A DNA stretch of 64,000 nucleotides. It comes from Parcubacteria group bacterium. GTDB taxonomy: Bacteria > Patescibacteriota > Minisyncoccia > Phycocordibacterales > UBA2135. Shown piece after piece: positions 10,490 through 19,958 of this stretch. The stretch spans positions 11,320 through 75,319 of the forward strand of contig JACPBB010000001.1 of NCBI GenBank assembly GCA_016180525.1, written 5' to 3'. The notes beneath the pieces were generated by a model. The model was not told where the DNA came from, did not search any database, and worked only from the letters and a program-made list of their open reading frames with translations. Each line of letters starts with the position of its first letter. The stretch's first letter is position 1. The position numbers and the translations under genes were made by a program.

Positions 10490-11056
10490 ATGAAAAGTGC
10501 TGAAAAAATGTCATTGTTCATCGGAGGATTATTTTTAATGCTCATTCCATTTTTGGCGTCTGGTCAATCCGGGTCAACAAAATTAACTGATTCAGTAACA
10601 ATTGGAGGTAGTATAAATATTACCGGCTCTATTGCAAAAGGAAGCGGTACGCTTGTCATAGATCATCCGCTTGATCCAGCGAATAAACTGCTCTATCATT
10701 CGTTCGTTGAATCTCCGGATGTTAAAAATATTTACGATGGTGTTGTGAAATTAAATAGAAACGGAGAGGCAAAAGTAAAACTACCAAAATATTTTGAAGC
10801 GCTTAATAAAGATTACCGGTATCTTGTGACCCCAATTGGAAAACCATCTCCCAATCTTTACATTAAACAAGGTGTTGAAAATAATATGTTTATTATTGCT
10901 GGAGGGGAAGCGGGAATAAAAGTCTCCTGGCAAGTAACGGGTATCCGCCGTGACCCACATATTATTGCAAACCCAATTATTCCTGAAATTGAGAAGGGGA
11001 CCAGTGCGTTAGTAGATAAAGGAGTTTATATATTACCTGAAATATATGGAAACTAG
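10490..11056 (+). CDS. Secreted mini-fibre protein with IDHPLDP..HSFVESP C-terminal module (copy 1, intact)
   Basis: Signal peptide, short beta-repeat VTIGGSINITG, conserved module resembling C-termini of fibrous or tail-fibre proteins. Confidence 0.7.
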   Translation: MKSAEKMSLFIGGLFLMLIPFLASGQSGSTKLTDSVTIGGSINITGSIAKGSGTLVIDHPLDPANKLLYHSFVESPDVKNIYDGVVKLNRNGEAKVKLPKYFEALNKDYRYLVTPIGKPSPNLYIKQGVENNMFIIAGGEAGIKVSWQVTGIRRDPHIIANPIIPEIEKGTSALVDKGVYILPEIYGN

Positions 11057-11534
11057 ACAAACACCTGTTGTTATAATTATCACATCCGGAATTATGGGGG
11101 CAATTTTTCTTTTCCCGTATATTGCGTCGGCAATCTCTCGTATTAATGAAAGTGTTACGGTGCGAGGAAACGTGGTTGTTACCGGCGCGCTTGCAAAAGG
11201 TTCCGGCTCATTCGTCATAGACCATCCACTTGATCCTGCTAATAAATTACTCTATCATTCGTTCGTTGAATCTCCGGATGTTAAAAATATTTATTTTAGA
11301 TATCAATTCTCCTCTCTTGAAAAACCTTCTCCTAATCTTTATATAAAACAAGAAATACGAAATAATAGATTTGTAATCTCCGGAGGTGAACCAAAAATTA
11401 GAGTATCGTGGCAAGTAACAGGCGTGAGACATGACCCGTATATTCTTAAAAATCCGATTATACCAGAGGTAGAAAAAGGGTCTAATGAGTTGGTAAATAA
11501 GGGAGAATATGTATTTCCTGAATTATATGACTAA
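11046..11534 (+). CDS. Mini-fibre protein copy 2 (26-codon in-frame deletion relative to copy 1)
   Basis: Same module; NIY is joined directly to FRY. Confidence 0.65.
   Translation: METRQTPVVIIITSGIMGAIFLFPYIASAISRINESVTVRGNVVVTGALAKGSGSFVIDHPLDPANKLLYHSFVESPDVKNIYFRYQFSSLEKPSPNLYIKQEIRNNRFVISGGEPKIRVSWQVTGVRHDPYILKNPIIPEVEKGSNELVNKGEYVFPELYD
11195..11293 (+). repeat. Exact 99-bp direct repeat, copy A
   Basis: aaaaggttccggc...gttaaaaatattta is identical to 11787-11885. Confidence 0.9.
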
Positions 11535-11634
11535 AACAACATTTAAAAAAAAGAATAACACTAACAAACTATTTTTTCTCTTTTTGATAGGTTTTTTGTT
11601 TTATTTTCAATTACCATCTATAGCAAAAGCTGCT

Positions 11635-11724
11635 TATAGTCAGGGTTATTACTATGCTCAAGGTTACTACTATGGCGAGGGTTATTACTATGCAGAAGGC
11701 TATTACTATGCTCAAGGAACATAT
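11635..11724 (+). repeat. 18-bp coding tandem repeat, (S/A/G)(Q/E)GYYY x4 plus a partial unit
   Basis: Translates as YSQGYYYAQGYYYGEGYYYAEGYYYAQGTY. Confidence 0.9.
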
Positions 11725-11786
11725 AGAACAACTTTTACTACTAATACCACATTTACCCAAAATTTAACGATTACCGGAGAATTAAA

Positions 11787-11885
11787 AAAAGGTTCCGGCT
11801 CATTCGTCATAGACCATCCACTTGATCCTGCTAATAAATTACTCTATCATTCGTTCGTTGAATCTCCGGATGTTAAAAATATTTA
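11787..11885 (+). repeat. Exact 99-bp direct repeat, copy B
   Basis: Identical to 11195-11293. Confidence 0.9.
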
Positions 11886-12341
11886 GAGTTGTAACGCTTG
11901 ATGAAAAAGGTGAAGCAGTAGTCGAGCTTCCTGCGTATTTTGAAGCACTCAATAAAGATTTTAGATATCAGGTTAAGCCAATAAATAAATCGTCTCCTAG
12001 TTTGTATATAAAAAGCGAAATAAAGGATAATCAATTTATGATTGCCGGAGGTGAACCAAAAATTAGAGTATCATGGCAAGTAACAGGCGTGAGACATGAC
12101 CCGTATATTCGCGCAAACCCAATTATTCCCGAGACAAGAAAGGGGCGAAATGAAATAGTAAACAGGGGAGAGTATTTGTTTCCCGAGCTGGCAGGAAAAT
12201 ATATTGAAACCCAAATATCTTTATGGGAAAAAATGGTATTCTTCTTTAACTCTCTTTTCAAGTAAGATTATATAGATTTTAAAAACAAAACAGTATATTG
12301 TATATGCAATATACTGTTTTTTGTGTCATGCATATCTAAAT

Positions 12342-13367
12342 ATGAAATTGTTACCATATCAAAATATATTATTTATAGCTGTAATTATCATAGGAGGTGT
12401 TTTGCTCCATAAAAATCTGTCGTCGGAATCATTTTTAGGATTTTCTCTAAAAAAAGAACAAAAATATTGGTCTGAACACATGAGCACTAAAAACGCCGAA
12501 CAGATTTCTGAAATATTCCAAAAGAAATATAAGAAGCTCAATCCCGCTGAACAACATGCCGCAGCCCACATCGTTGGCGAAGCTATTTATAAAAAACAAA
12601 GTTATTCGGGAATTGTGTTTTGTGATTACGTAATTGGAGACGCTGGATGCGTTCATGAGTTGATGACGTTGGCAATTTTAGAAAATGGACTTAATATAAT
12701 ACCATCAATAAATAAAGAATGCTTGAATTTGCCAAGCAACAAAAGAACAGCCTCGTGCCAACACGGCGTGGGCCATGGAATATTGTTTTATTTGGGATAC
12801 GATTATAAAAGTTTACTCAAAGGGCTTGAACAATGTTCCCTAATTACCGCTCCATATCTTAGAGAGAGTGTCCGCTACGTGGAAGGATGCGTTGGGGGTG
12901 TGCTTATGGAATATAATTCAAACCCGTCATTAAATAAAAGCCAAAAACCAAGAGTTTTTGCGCTAGATTCCGTATACGTTCCGTGTACTTCTCTGGGAGA
13001 AGAGATGCGCTCAGTTTGTTATTTTTGGCAAACTCAGTGGTGGAATGCAAATTTAAAAGATTATAATACTATAGGAAAATATAAAAAAATGGGAGAACTA
13101 TGCACTGTTATAGTTAATGCGAATGAAAAAACATGGTGTTTCCGTGGAATCGCGCATGCAATGATCCCAGACACTAAGTGGATAGTAAAAAAAGCATTAC
13201 ATTTTTGCAATTCCATAACATTAGACGCGGGAAGACAGGAATGCCAGGCATACGCCGCTTTTCTTTTTAAAGATGAGGGGTTAGAATCCGTATGTAATTT
13301 TGTAAATGATGAAGAAAAAAAAGAGTGTGTTGAAATATCGTCTTCTCTTCTTGCAAGCGAGAGTTAA
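12342..13367 (+). CDS. Membrane-anchored Cys/His-rich protein (paralogue 3)
   Basis: QHAAAH, GCVHE, CQHGVGHG, CVGGVLMEY. Confidence 0.75.
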   Translation: MKLLPYQNILFIAVIIIGGVLLHKNLSSESFLGFSLKKEQKYWSEHMSTKNAEQISEIFQKKYKKLNPAEQHAAAHIVGEAIYKKQSYSGIVFCDYVIGDAGCVHELMTLAILENGLNIIPSINKECLNLPSNKRTASCQHGVGHGILFYLGYDYKSLLKGLEQCSLITAPYLRESVRYVEGCVGGVLMEYNSNPSLNKSQKPRVFALDSVYVPCTSLGEEMRSVCYFWQTQWWNANLKDYNTIGKYKKMGELCTVIVNANEKTWCFRGIAHAMIPDTKWIVKKALHFCNSITLDAGRQECQAYAAFLFKDEGLESVCNFVNDEEKKECVEISSSLLASES

Positions 13368-13373
13368 ATTATC

Positions 13374-14444
13374 ATGAAATTTCAATCTGAAAAAAACATA
13401 ATAATTTTTCTTGTGATTATTTCCGGAATCTTTTTTTTATATAACAAAAATATTCCGGAGTTTTTTGTAGGTACACCTCTAGGCCCTCAGCTCTCAAATA
13501 TTGGCAATAGTCGTGAAGATCTTCAAATTAAAAGGGATCATTGGAAAAGCCGTATAAACGAAATTGGTCCAGAGAGCGCCTACTCTGAATTCTTACAAAC
13601 ATACAACCATATGAATTTTGAGAAACAGCATACTTTTGCGCATATCATGGGTGAGCTTCTTTATGAAAAAGTAGGAGTTAATGGTTTAGCAATATGCGAT
13701 AAGTCATTCGCGTTTGGCTGTTTCCACGGTTTTTTTACGGGAGCAATTAGCAAAGAGGGAATTGGAGTTATAGCTAAGCTCGACAATGCCTGTCTTAAAA
13801 AATTTGGACCATATGGAACAGGGTGTCAACACGGTATTGGGCACGGTATTTTAGAGCACGTAGGACCGGATTCACTGGTTAAAGGGCTTGAGGCATGTAG
13901 ATTCACTACTCAGATAGAATCATCGCATTTTGGTTGCACCTCCGGTGTTTTTATGGAATATAATACACAAACTATTTTTACTAGAGATAATGTCTATCAA
14001 AAAGTGAGAGACTTAAAAGAACAAAACCCTTTTGAGCCCTGTAATACACTAGTACCAAGCAAATTTAAAAACTCTTGTTATTTTGAAATAAGCGCATGGT
14101 GGATGCAGGTATTTAACAAAGATCATATAAAAGTAGGCCAACTCTGCCAAATGATACAAGGGGAAGAATATAGAAAGTCGTGTTATTTGGGATTTGGTAC
14201 GGTAAGCGCACATCTTGCTCAATATAATGTTTCAGATGCAATAAAAATATGTAAAGAAACGTCAGGCGGAAACATAGAAGCTGAATTATTATGCCGAGCA
14301 AGCGCTTCATGGTCTTTTTGGGCGATGCCGGGGCATAAACAAGAGTCTCTTGCCCTGTGTGATAATTTTGAAGATGAAGAAGTTGAATTTCGTTGTGTGA
14401 GCGAATCTGACCTTATCGGAACAGGAGAAAAATTCAATAAATAA
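13374..14444 (+). CDS. Membrane-anchored Cys/His-rich protein (paralogue 4)
   Basis: QHTFAH, GCFHG, CQHGIGHG, CTSGVFMEY. Confidence 0.8.
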   Translation: MKFQSEKNIIIFLVIISGIFFLYNKNIPEFFVGTPLGPQLSNIGNSREDLQIKRDHWKSRINEIGPESAYSEFLQTYNHMNFEKQHTFAHIMGELLYEKVGVNGLAICDKSFAFGCFHGFFTGAISKEGIGVIAKLDNACLKKFGPYGTGCQHGIGHGILEHVGPDSLVKGLEACRFTTQIESSHFGCTSGVFMEYNTQTIFTRDNVYQKVRDLKEQNPFEPCNTLVPSKFKNSCYFEISAWWMQVFNKDHIKVGQLCQMIQGEEYRKSCYLGFGTVSAHLAQYNVSDAIKICKETSGGNIEAELLCRASASWSFWAMPGHKQESLALCDNFEDEEVEFRCVSESDLIGTGEKFNK

Positions 14445-14456
14445 TTTTGTATATCA

Positions 14457-15932
14457 ATGGGAAAAAAAACTTTACGCATATTAATTATAGTAATTTTTTT
14501 AATTGTATTGTCGGGAATATACTATACTCTTTTTGAGACCCAAAAAAATAAAAATCATATCATTGAGCTTCGTGAAACCGGTTTTTATCCAAAAACAATT
14601 ACGATAATTCAAGATGATGCTGTCTTGTTTAGAACAAAACTTAATGAAACATTCTGGCCGGCAAGCGATCCGCATCCAATTCATAATTATTACCCTGAAG
14701 AAAATTTTGACCCCCAAAGAGCCCTTGGGCCCGATGAAGAATGGCAGTTTACATTTACACAAGCCGGCACGTGGAGATATCATGACCATTTAAATCCATC
14801 TTTACGGGGAGAAATTACAGTACTTCCAAATAAAAGCTATACTGCGTATTTACCGTGTAAAAAAGAAACCGGACAATGTTTTGACGAACTTATACGAAAA
14901 ACAGTTTCTGAAAAAGGAATAGCCGCTGCGTACGCGCTTTTTACCGAAACATACGCAAAAGGAGAGTTACCGCGTGCATGCCACTGGACAGCGCACCAGA
15001 TAGGGGAAGAAGCGTATGAGTTATTTAAGGGCGGGGAAACATTTCCCATAACAGGCGAGACATCATATTGCGGATATGGATTTTTTCACGGTTTTCTTGA
15101 GAGCTTGTTGCGGGAAAATCCCGATGTTAAATTTGCTCTTTCTTTTTGCGATGAGGCTGAAAGGCAATTGGGTATATTAGGACTTCAGAACTGCTATCAT
15201 GGCATAGGGCATGGATTTACCGAAGACCCTCCGGATCCATCCGTATGGGGCAATTTTGAAGGAATGGTAGCACCTGGCATAGAGATATGCGAATATTTAT
15301 TTAAAAATTCATTTACAAACCTTAATTTATGCCTTACGGGCGTATTTACCGTCCCTGTCGGATTTGCGGAAAAGAAAGAGTATGGGTTGTCGCTAAGCCC
15401 CAGTGACCCATTTGCCATATGCAGAGAGCAGCCATACAAATACCAAAAAGCCTGCTATGGAGAAATTACACCAAAACTGGACTCTATTTTAGAAGGTGAT
15501 TTTTCTCAATTTCCAAAACACCTTGCCGGTATTACTGATGAAAAAATAAGAAATTTAATTATTTGGGTTGCTCCATCTGTCATGGTCGCGCGTGAGATTC
15601 TTAAAGACGATTATGGTGGGTTTATAGAAGTGTGCAGAAACAACTTTGTCGGTATTGAAAGAGAAATTTGCTGGGGCGGAATAATACTCGGATTTTTTAC
15701 GCATGGAGAGCCTGAAAAACAATATAAAAAAGGAATTTCATTCTGTAAATCACAGCTGTTTAATGCTTCGGAAAAAAAATTCTGCTATAAACAATTATTT
15801 CACAGAATGCACGCTGAATACACAGAGGATAAAATAAAAAATATTTGCACTAATGAAGTTTCGGAAACATATCGCTCTTCATGCTTATCAAAAAATCAAC
15901 AATCCATATACAAAGACCCTGTTTTTGAATAA
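14457..15932 (+). CDS. Cupredoxin + Cys/His-rich protein (paralogue 5)
   Basis: WPASDPHPIH..AGTWRYHDHL; CHWTAH, CGYGFFHG, CYHGIGHG. Confidence 0.8.
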   Translation: MGKKTLRILIIVIFLIVLSGIYYTLFETQKNKNHIIELRETGFYPKTITIIQDDAVLFRTKLNETFWPASDPHPIHNYYPEENFDPQRALGPDEEWQFTFTQAGTWRYHDHLNPSLRGEITVLPNKSYTAYLPCKKETGQCFDELIRKTVSEKGIAAAYALFTETYAKGELPRACHWTAHQIGEEAYELFKGGETFPITGETSYCGYGFFHGFLESLLRENPDVKFALSFCDEAERQLGILGLQNCYHGIGHGFTEDPPDPSVWGNFEGMVAPGIEICEYLFKNSFTNLNLCLTGVFTVPVGFAEKKEYGLSLSPSDPFAICREQPYKYQKACYGEITPKLDSILEGDFSQFPKHLAGITDEKIRNLIIWVAPSVMVAREILKDDYGGFIEVCRNNFVGIEREICWGGIILGFFTHGEPEKQYKKGISFCKSQLFNASEKKFCYKQLFHRMHAEYTEDKIKNICTNEVSETYRSSCLSKNQQSIYKDPVFE

Positions 15933-15933
15933 C

Positions 15934-17409
15934 ATGCAAAAATTTAAAATAAAAAAATATCTTTTCGGACTTTTCATTATCATTCCGATTGTCGGACTAA
16001 GCGGGTATCACGCATATCAAAAATCAACCCCTGCAAATGTTATATTCTCAGAAATTGGAACATACGGAGCAACATTAACGGAGCAAGGTTTTATGCCAAA
16101 AGAAATTACTATTCCAATTGGCTCAACTATCGTTTTTTCCACAACACTAGATAAATTTTTCTGGCCAGCATCAAATTTTCATCCATCTCATGCAATATAT
16201 CCTGAATTTGACGCTAAAAATCCAGTTCCATCCGGAGAAAGTTGGAAATTTCAATTTAAAGAAGCTGGAACATGGGAATATCATGACCATCTATCTCCTT
16301 ACTTTGGAGGAACGATAAGAGTAACGGATGAAATAAATACAACATTAAAAGAAAACCTATGTGAAAATAACAAAAAACAATCAGCATGCTGGCGGTCCCT
16401 TTTATTTTCTCAATTAAAAAATAATGGTATTGACACAACATTTTCTATCCTTGAGAGCCTGTACAAAACAGAGTTAGGATTTAGAGAAACGTGCCATGGA
16501 ATTACCCACGATCTTGGGATTGAGTCATACCAGTATTTTTTAAAAAACAAAGATTTAATTTTAACTACAAAATCATCGGCATGCGCGTATGGATTTTATC
16601 ATGGATTTATGGAGGCGCTTCTTACTCATACGGGTGACATACAACAAGCGCGTGAATTTTGTCTTTTTATTGATAAAAAAATAACCCCAGATATACCAGA
16701 TGCGACACTGCAGTGTTTCCATGGCATTGGACACGGAATTATTGACATGCAGGTCACTTTCAACGGTCGTCAACAGGACAAAGAAATGCTTATAAAAGAT
16801 GCGTTGTCATTTTGTGAAAGCGCTTCTCGGACAGACGAGGAGCTCTATCGATGTGCTTCTGGGATATACAATAGCGTTGCAAACATATACATACTTGAAA
16901 AAAACTGGTCCTTAAAACAAGATGAGATTATCTCTCTTTGTACGCATCAGCCAGAAAAATACAAAGAGAGTTGTTACGGGAATATGAACTCTCTTATGTT
17001 TCGCGCCGCGGATAACAATTTAGGAAAATCACTCATTTTTATAAACGAAATAGAGGAACAATATAGAGAATCTGCTGTCCGCTATCTTTCAAATTTAAGC
17101 GTTATATATACAATTCTGCAGGATAAAGATTACGACGAGGAGGTGGGGGCATGCCGTTCTTTGCCGGACATTCTTTATACAGCATGCCTTGAAGGTCTTG
17201 TACACGGGCTTCTAGAGCATGGACAGCCCAGAGAGGAATATAAAAAAGTAATTGATTTCTGCGAGGCTCCAATCCTTACCATGTCCGAAACGGAGAAATG
17301 CTTTGAATATGGACTTTCAAATCTTGGAGGCTGGTATTTAAAAGAAAAATCGCAAGAAATTTGTAATGAAATACCCGAAACGTATAAACAATATTGTAAG
17401 CAAGTTTAA
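15934..17409 (+). CDS. Cupredoxin + Cys/His-rich protein (paralogue 6)
   Basis: WPASNFHPSH..AGTWEYHDHL; CHGITH, CAYGFYHG, CFHGIGHG. Start placed at MQKFK. Confidence 0.8.
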   Translation: MQKFKIKKYLFGLFIIIPIVGLSGYHAYQKSTPANVIFSEIGTYGATLTEQGFMPKEITIPIGSTIVFSTTLDKFFWPASNFHPSHAIYPEFDAKNPVPSGESWKFQFKEAGTWEYHDHLSPYFGGTIRVTDEINTTLKENLCENNKKQSACWRSLLFSQLKNNGIDTTFSILESLYKTELGFRETCHGITHDLGIESYQYFLKNKDLILTTKSSACAYGFYHGFMEALLTHTGDIQQAREFCLFIDKKITPDIPDATLQCFHGIGHGIIDMQVTFNGRQQDKEMLIKDALSFCESASRTDEELYRCASGIYNSVANIYILEKNWSLKQDEIISLCTHQPEKYKESCYGNMNSLMFRAADNNLGKSLIFINEIEEQYRESAVRYLSNLSVIYTILQDKDYDEEVGACRSLPDILYTACLEGLVHGLLEHGQPREEYKKVIDFCEAPILTMSETEKCFEYGLSNLGGWYLKEKSQEICNEIPETYKQYCKQV

Positions 17410-17414
17410 TTTTT

Positions 17415-18593
17415 ATGGAATCAATATATAAAAAAAATGTTCTGTTGCCTTTTCTCTTTTTGTTCGTGGTAGCGATGATTATTTTTTACATTAAACCAAA
17501 CTCTTCACTTGCACATCACGCAGCATCTATTTTGCAAATATGCGCAACAGAAGAATATAAACCAGCTTGCTACGATAGAGAAATACCCAAATTGATGGAC
17601 ACCGAGCTTTCAATGGAAAATGCGTTTGCTGTTACGAAACTGATTCAACAAAAAGATGATTCATATTTTTACTGCCATGTATTGGGACACAACTTGAGCG
17701 CGAAAGAAACTGCCAAAGACCCTTCAAGGTGGAAAGAAGTTATTGCTCGCACTCCAAGCGGTATGTGTTCAAACGGAGGCATCCATGGTGCTTTTCAGGA
17801 AAGGTTTAGAGCTGAAGCACTGCCAGAGGCAAGTGTTGCTGAATTAGAGCCCATTCTTACTGATATTTGCAATAAACGAGAAAACTGGAACCCGACACGA
17901 CTGGAACAGGCAACGTGCACGCACGCCGTGGGACATCTAGTGATGTACGTTACAGGCGGGGATATTCATAAATCTCTGGCACTCTGTGAAAAAGTCGCAT
18001 TTAACGAAGAGGGGTATGATTTTAAACAAATTTGTTTTGACGGAGCGTTTATGCAAATATTCCAGCCGCTTGAGCCGGAAGATTACGTACTCATAAAAGG
18101 GAGGGAACAGACACGAGAGACCGTTAATTCATTTTGTGAAAAATTTACGGGAGCACGCTATGGATCATGTCGTTCGGAAAGCTGGCCACTTTTTCACGAA
18201 GAAATAAAAACAGCTCCAGGTCTTACTCGTTTTTGCTCTTTTCAAAAAGATTTTGAACAAAAAGAGCGCTGTTATTCAGGAATGTTTTACGTATTAACGG
18301 CAGAATTTAATTTAGACCCCATTAAAATTGAAAATCTTTGCGAAGCATTTCCTCAAGAGTTGAAAAATAAATGTTTTGCAAATGCCGCATCTCGGATGAT
18401 TGAAACTGATTGGAGCAAAATTCCTGACGCAATTTCTTTGTGCGCTATTTCAGAAAAACACGGAGCAGGAGATGCGTGCTATAGAGAATTATTGCTATAT
18501 TCTAACTATAATTTTCACCCAAGATCTAAAGAATTCTATTCGCTATGTCGGCATTTACCTAATGGGTGGGAAGGAAAGTGTCTTTCAGGGTAA
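17415..18593 (+). CDS. Membrane-anchored Cys/His-rich protein (paralogue 7)
   Basis: CHVLGH, CSNGGIHG, CTHAVGH, CFDGAFMQ. Confidence 0.8.
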   Translation: MESIYKKNVLLPFLFLFVVAMIIFYIKPNSSLAHHAASILQICATEEYKPACYDREIPKLMDTELSMENAFAVTKLIQQKDDSYFYCHVLGHNLSAKETAKDPSRWKEVIARTPSGMCSNGGIHGAFQERFRAEALPEASVAELEPILTDICNKRENWNPTRLEQATCTHAVGHLVMYVTGGDIHKSLALCEKVAFNEEGYDFKQICFDGAFMQIFQPLEPEDYVLIKGREQTRETVNSFCEKFTGARYGSCRSESWPLFHEEIKTAPGLTRFCSFQKDFEQKERCYSGMFYVLTAEFNLDPIKIENLCEAFPQELKNKCFANAASRMIETDWSKIPDAISLCAISEKHGAGDACYRELLLYSNYNFHPRSKEFYSLCRHLPNGWEGKCLSG

Positions 18594-19883
18594 TTGTGTT
18601 AATTTTCCGCACTCATTTCGTATATCTTTAGGAAATTGTTTACAAATCTTTCCAATATCTTCTGGTTCAAAAAGTATGGGGATTTTTTTTATAACCTCTC
18701 CATAACAAAAATTACGAAGCCCTTTTTCTTCTAAGGTTGGATTAGAGCAAAAAACAATTGGGTGTTTGTAAGTTTTTCCTGGTATACCAAACTCGTATAA
18801 TGCGTGCACAATTCCTTTAACGCACCCCTCGTATACTTCCTGTTCAAAAAACTCACACTGCGCAAGAATTCTTTGATATTGGCTTTCTTTCTCGTGTTCT
18901 AGATATATTACATTGTTTAAAACATTATAAAGCATGACTTTTTTAAATTGCCAGTCACCTTCAATTGATTGAATTTTATTAATTACGGGAAAAGTATTTT
19001 TATCGGACAATGTATACATTGTATAAAGTGAGTGAGCCATAATTTTATTGCAAGTAGCATATGCGTTGATTTTTAATCCTTCGCATATTGAAAACGGGTC
19101 TTCTGCGCTCAAGGAAATATCATAACCATTTTTATTACCGTGACCATCAGAATCTTCTTGTATAAAGCGAAGCATCGCTCCGAGTACGCCGGTTTTGCAA
19201 GCTTCTTTTTCATCTTCATTCGCAAGCAAGAGTGCTTCACATTGTTCCACTGGTTTTTCAACGAATACATTTAAATTGCCCCATTTACTTCTTGGTGTTT
19301 GTTCAATGTTTGAATACAAAAGCCCGTGTCCGGCACCAAGGTAACAAATATTACCGATGGATCTGATTTTATTGTTGTAGCGTGTTTTTACGTTTTCACA
19401 TATTTCTGTTACAAATTTTGAACTTGCGTTATCTTGTACTAGGTGACCTACAACAGCATGAGAAAAACCGTAGCCGCACGCTAACATTGATGGTGAAAAA
19501 TCAATAAGAGATATATCCTTTGTATTAAGATAAAGATTATAATATGTGAAATCACCTAAAGAATGCATTAACCGATGGCATCCGTCTTCATAAAAAATCG
19601 CTTTTTTAAAAAAATCTGACACATATGCAGCGCTTACTATGCGCAAGCCAGCACGAGGACCGTCACGCAGTGTTTCATTTTCCATAATTGTATACAGACA
19701 ATCAATTTTTTTATCGTTATCTTTAATAATCTTGCAATTATTAAGTAAGGCGACTGCCCTTATGTCAGATAGCATGTCTGTTTTAAATATTAAAAAAGCT
19801 ACAGCAAGCAATAAAACTATTACAAAAAATGCAAAAGGTGCATTCATCACTTTTTCGGCATAAAGTCTATTAATTATGTTCAT
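18585..19883 (-). CDS. Membrane-anchored Cys/His-rich protein (paralogue 8, divergent)
   Basis: CHRLMH, CGYGFSHA, CYLGAGHG. Confidence 0.75.
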   Translation of the reverse strand: MNIINRLYAEKVMNAPFAFFVIVLLLAVAFLIFKTDMLSDIRAVALLNNCKIIKDNDKKIDCLYTIMENETLRDGPRAGLRIVSAAYVSDFFKKAIFYEDGCHRLMHSLGDFTYYNLYLNTKDISLIDFSPSMLACGYGFSHAVVGHLVQDNASSKFVTEICENVKTRYNNKIRSIGNICYLGAGHGLLYSNIEQTPRSKWGNLNVFVEKPVEQCEALLLANEDEKEACKTGVLGAMLRFIQEDSDGHGNKNGYDISLSAEDPFSICEGLKINAYATCNKIMAHSLYTMYTLSDKNTFPVINKIQSIEGDWQFKKVMLYNVLNNVIYLEHEKESQYQRILAQCEFFEQEVYEGCVKGIVHALYEFGIPGKTYKHPIVFCSNPTLEEKGLRNFCYGEVIKKIPILFEPEDIGKICKQFPKDIRNECGKLTQLP

Positions 19884-19958
19884 AAGGGTTATTAACAGGT
19901 ATTTGTGTCAAAGTAGTATAAAAGTCAGTATAATGATTATATAAAAAAATAGTACTCT

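Larger units (their letters stand above)
11527..12265 (+). pseudogene. Mini-fibre protein copy 3 with Tyr-rich repeat, frameshifted at ~11885 (possibly an assembly error)
   Basis: The two ORF halves align to copy 1 if ~5 nt (cgatg-like) are restored after aatattta. Confidence 0.65.

Noticed and set aside
11881-11890. Programmed frameshift in fibre copy 3
   Set aside because: No slippery site, residues are missing relative to copy 1, and the break coincides with the end of the 99-bp repeat.
10490-12265. Diversity-generating retroelement TR/VR pair
   Set aside because: No reverse transcriptase in the window, and the repeats are identical rather than adenine-mutated.
3387-19883. Multiheme cytochromes
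   Set aside because: The motifs are CH, CxH and HxxxH, not CxxCH.
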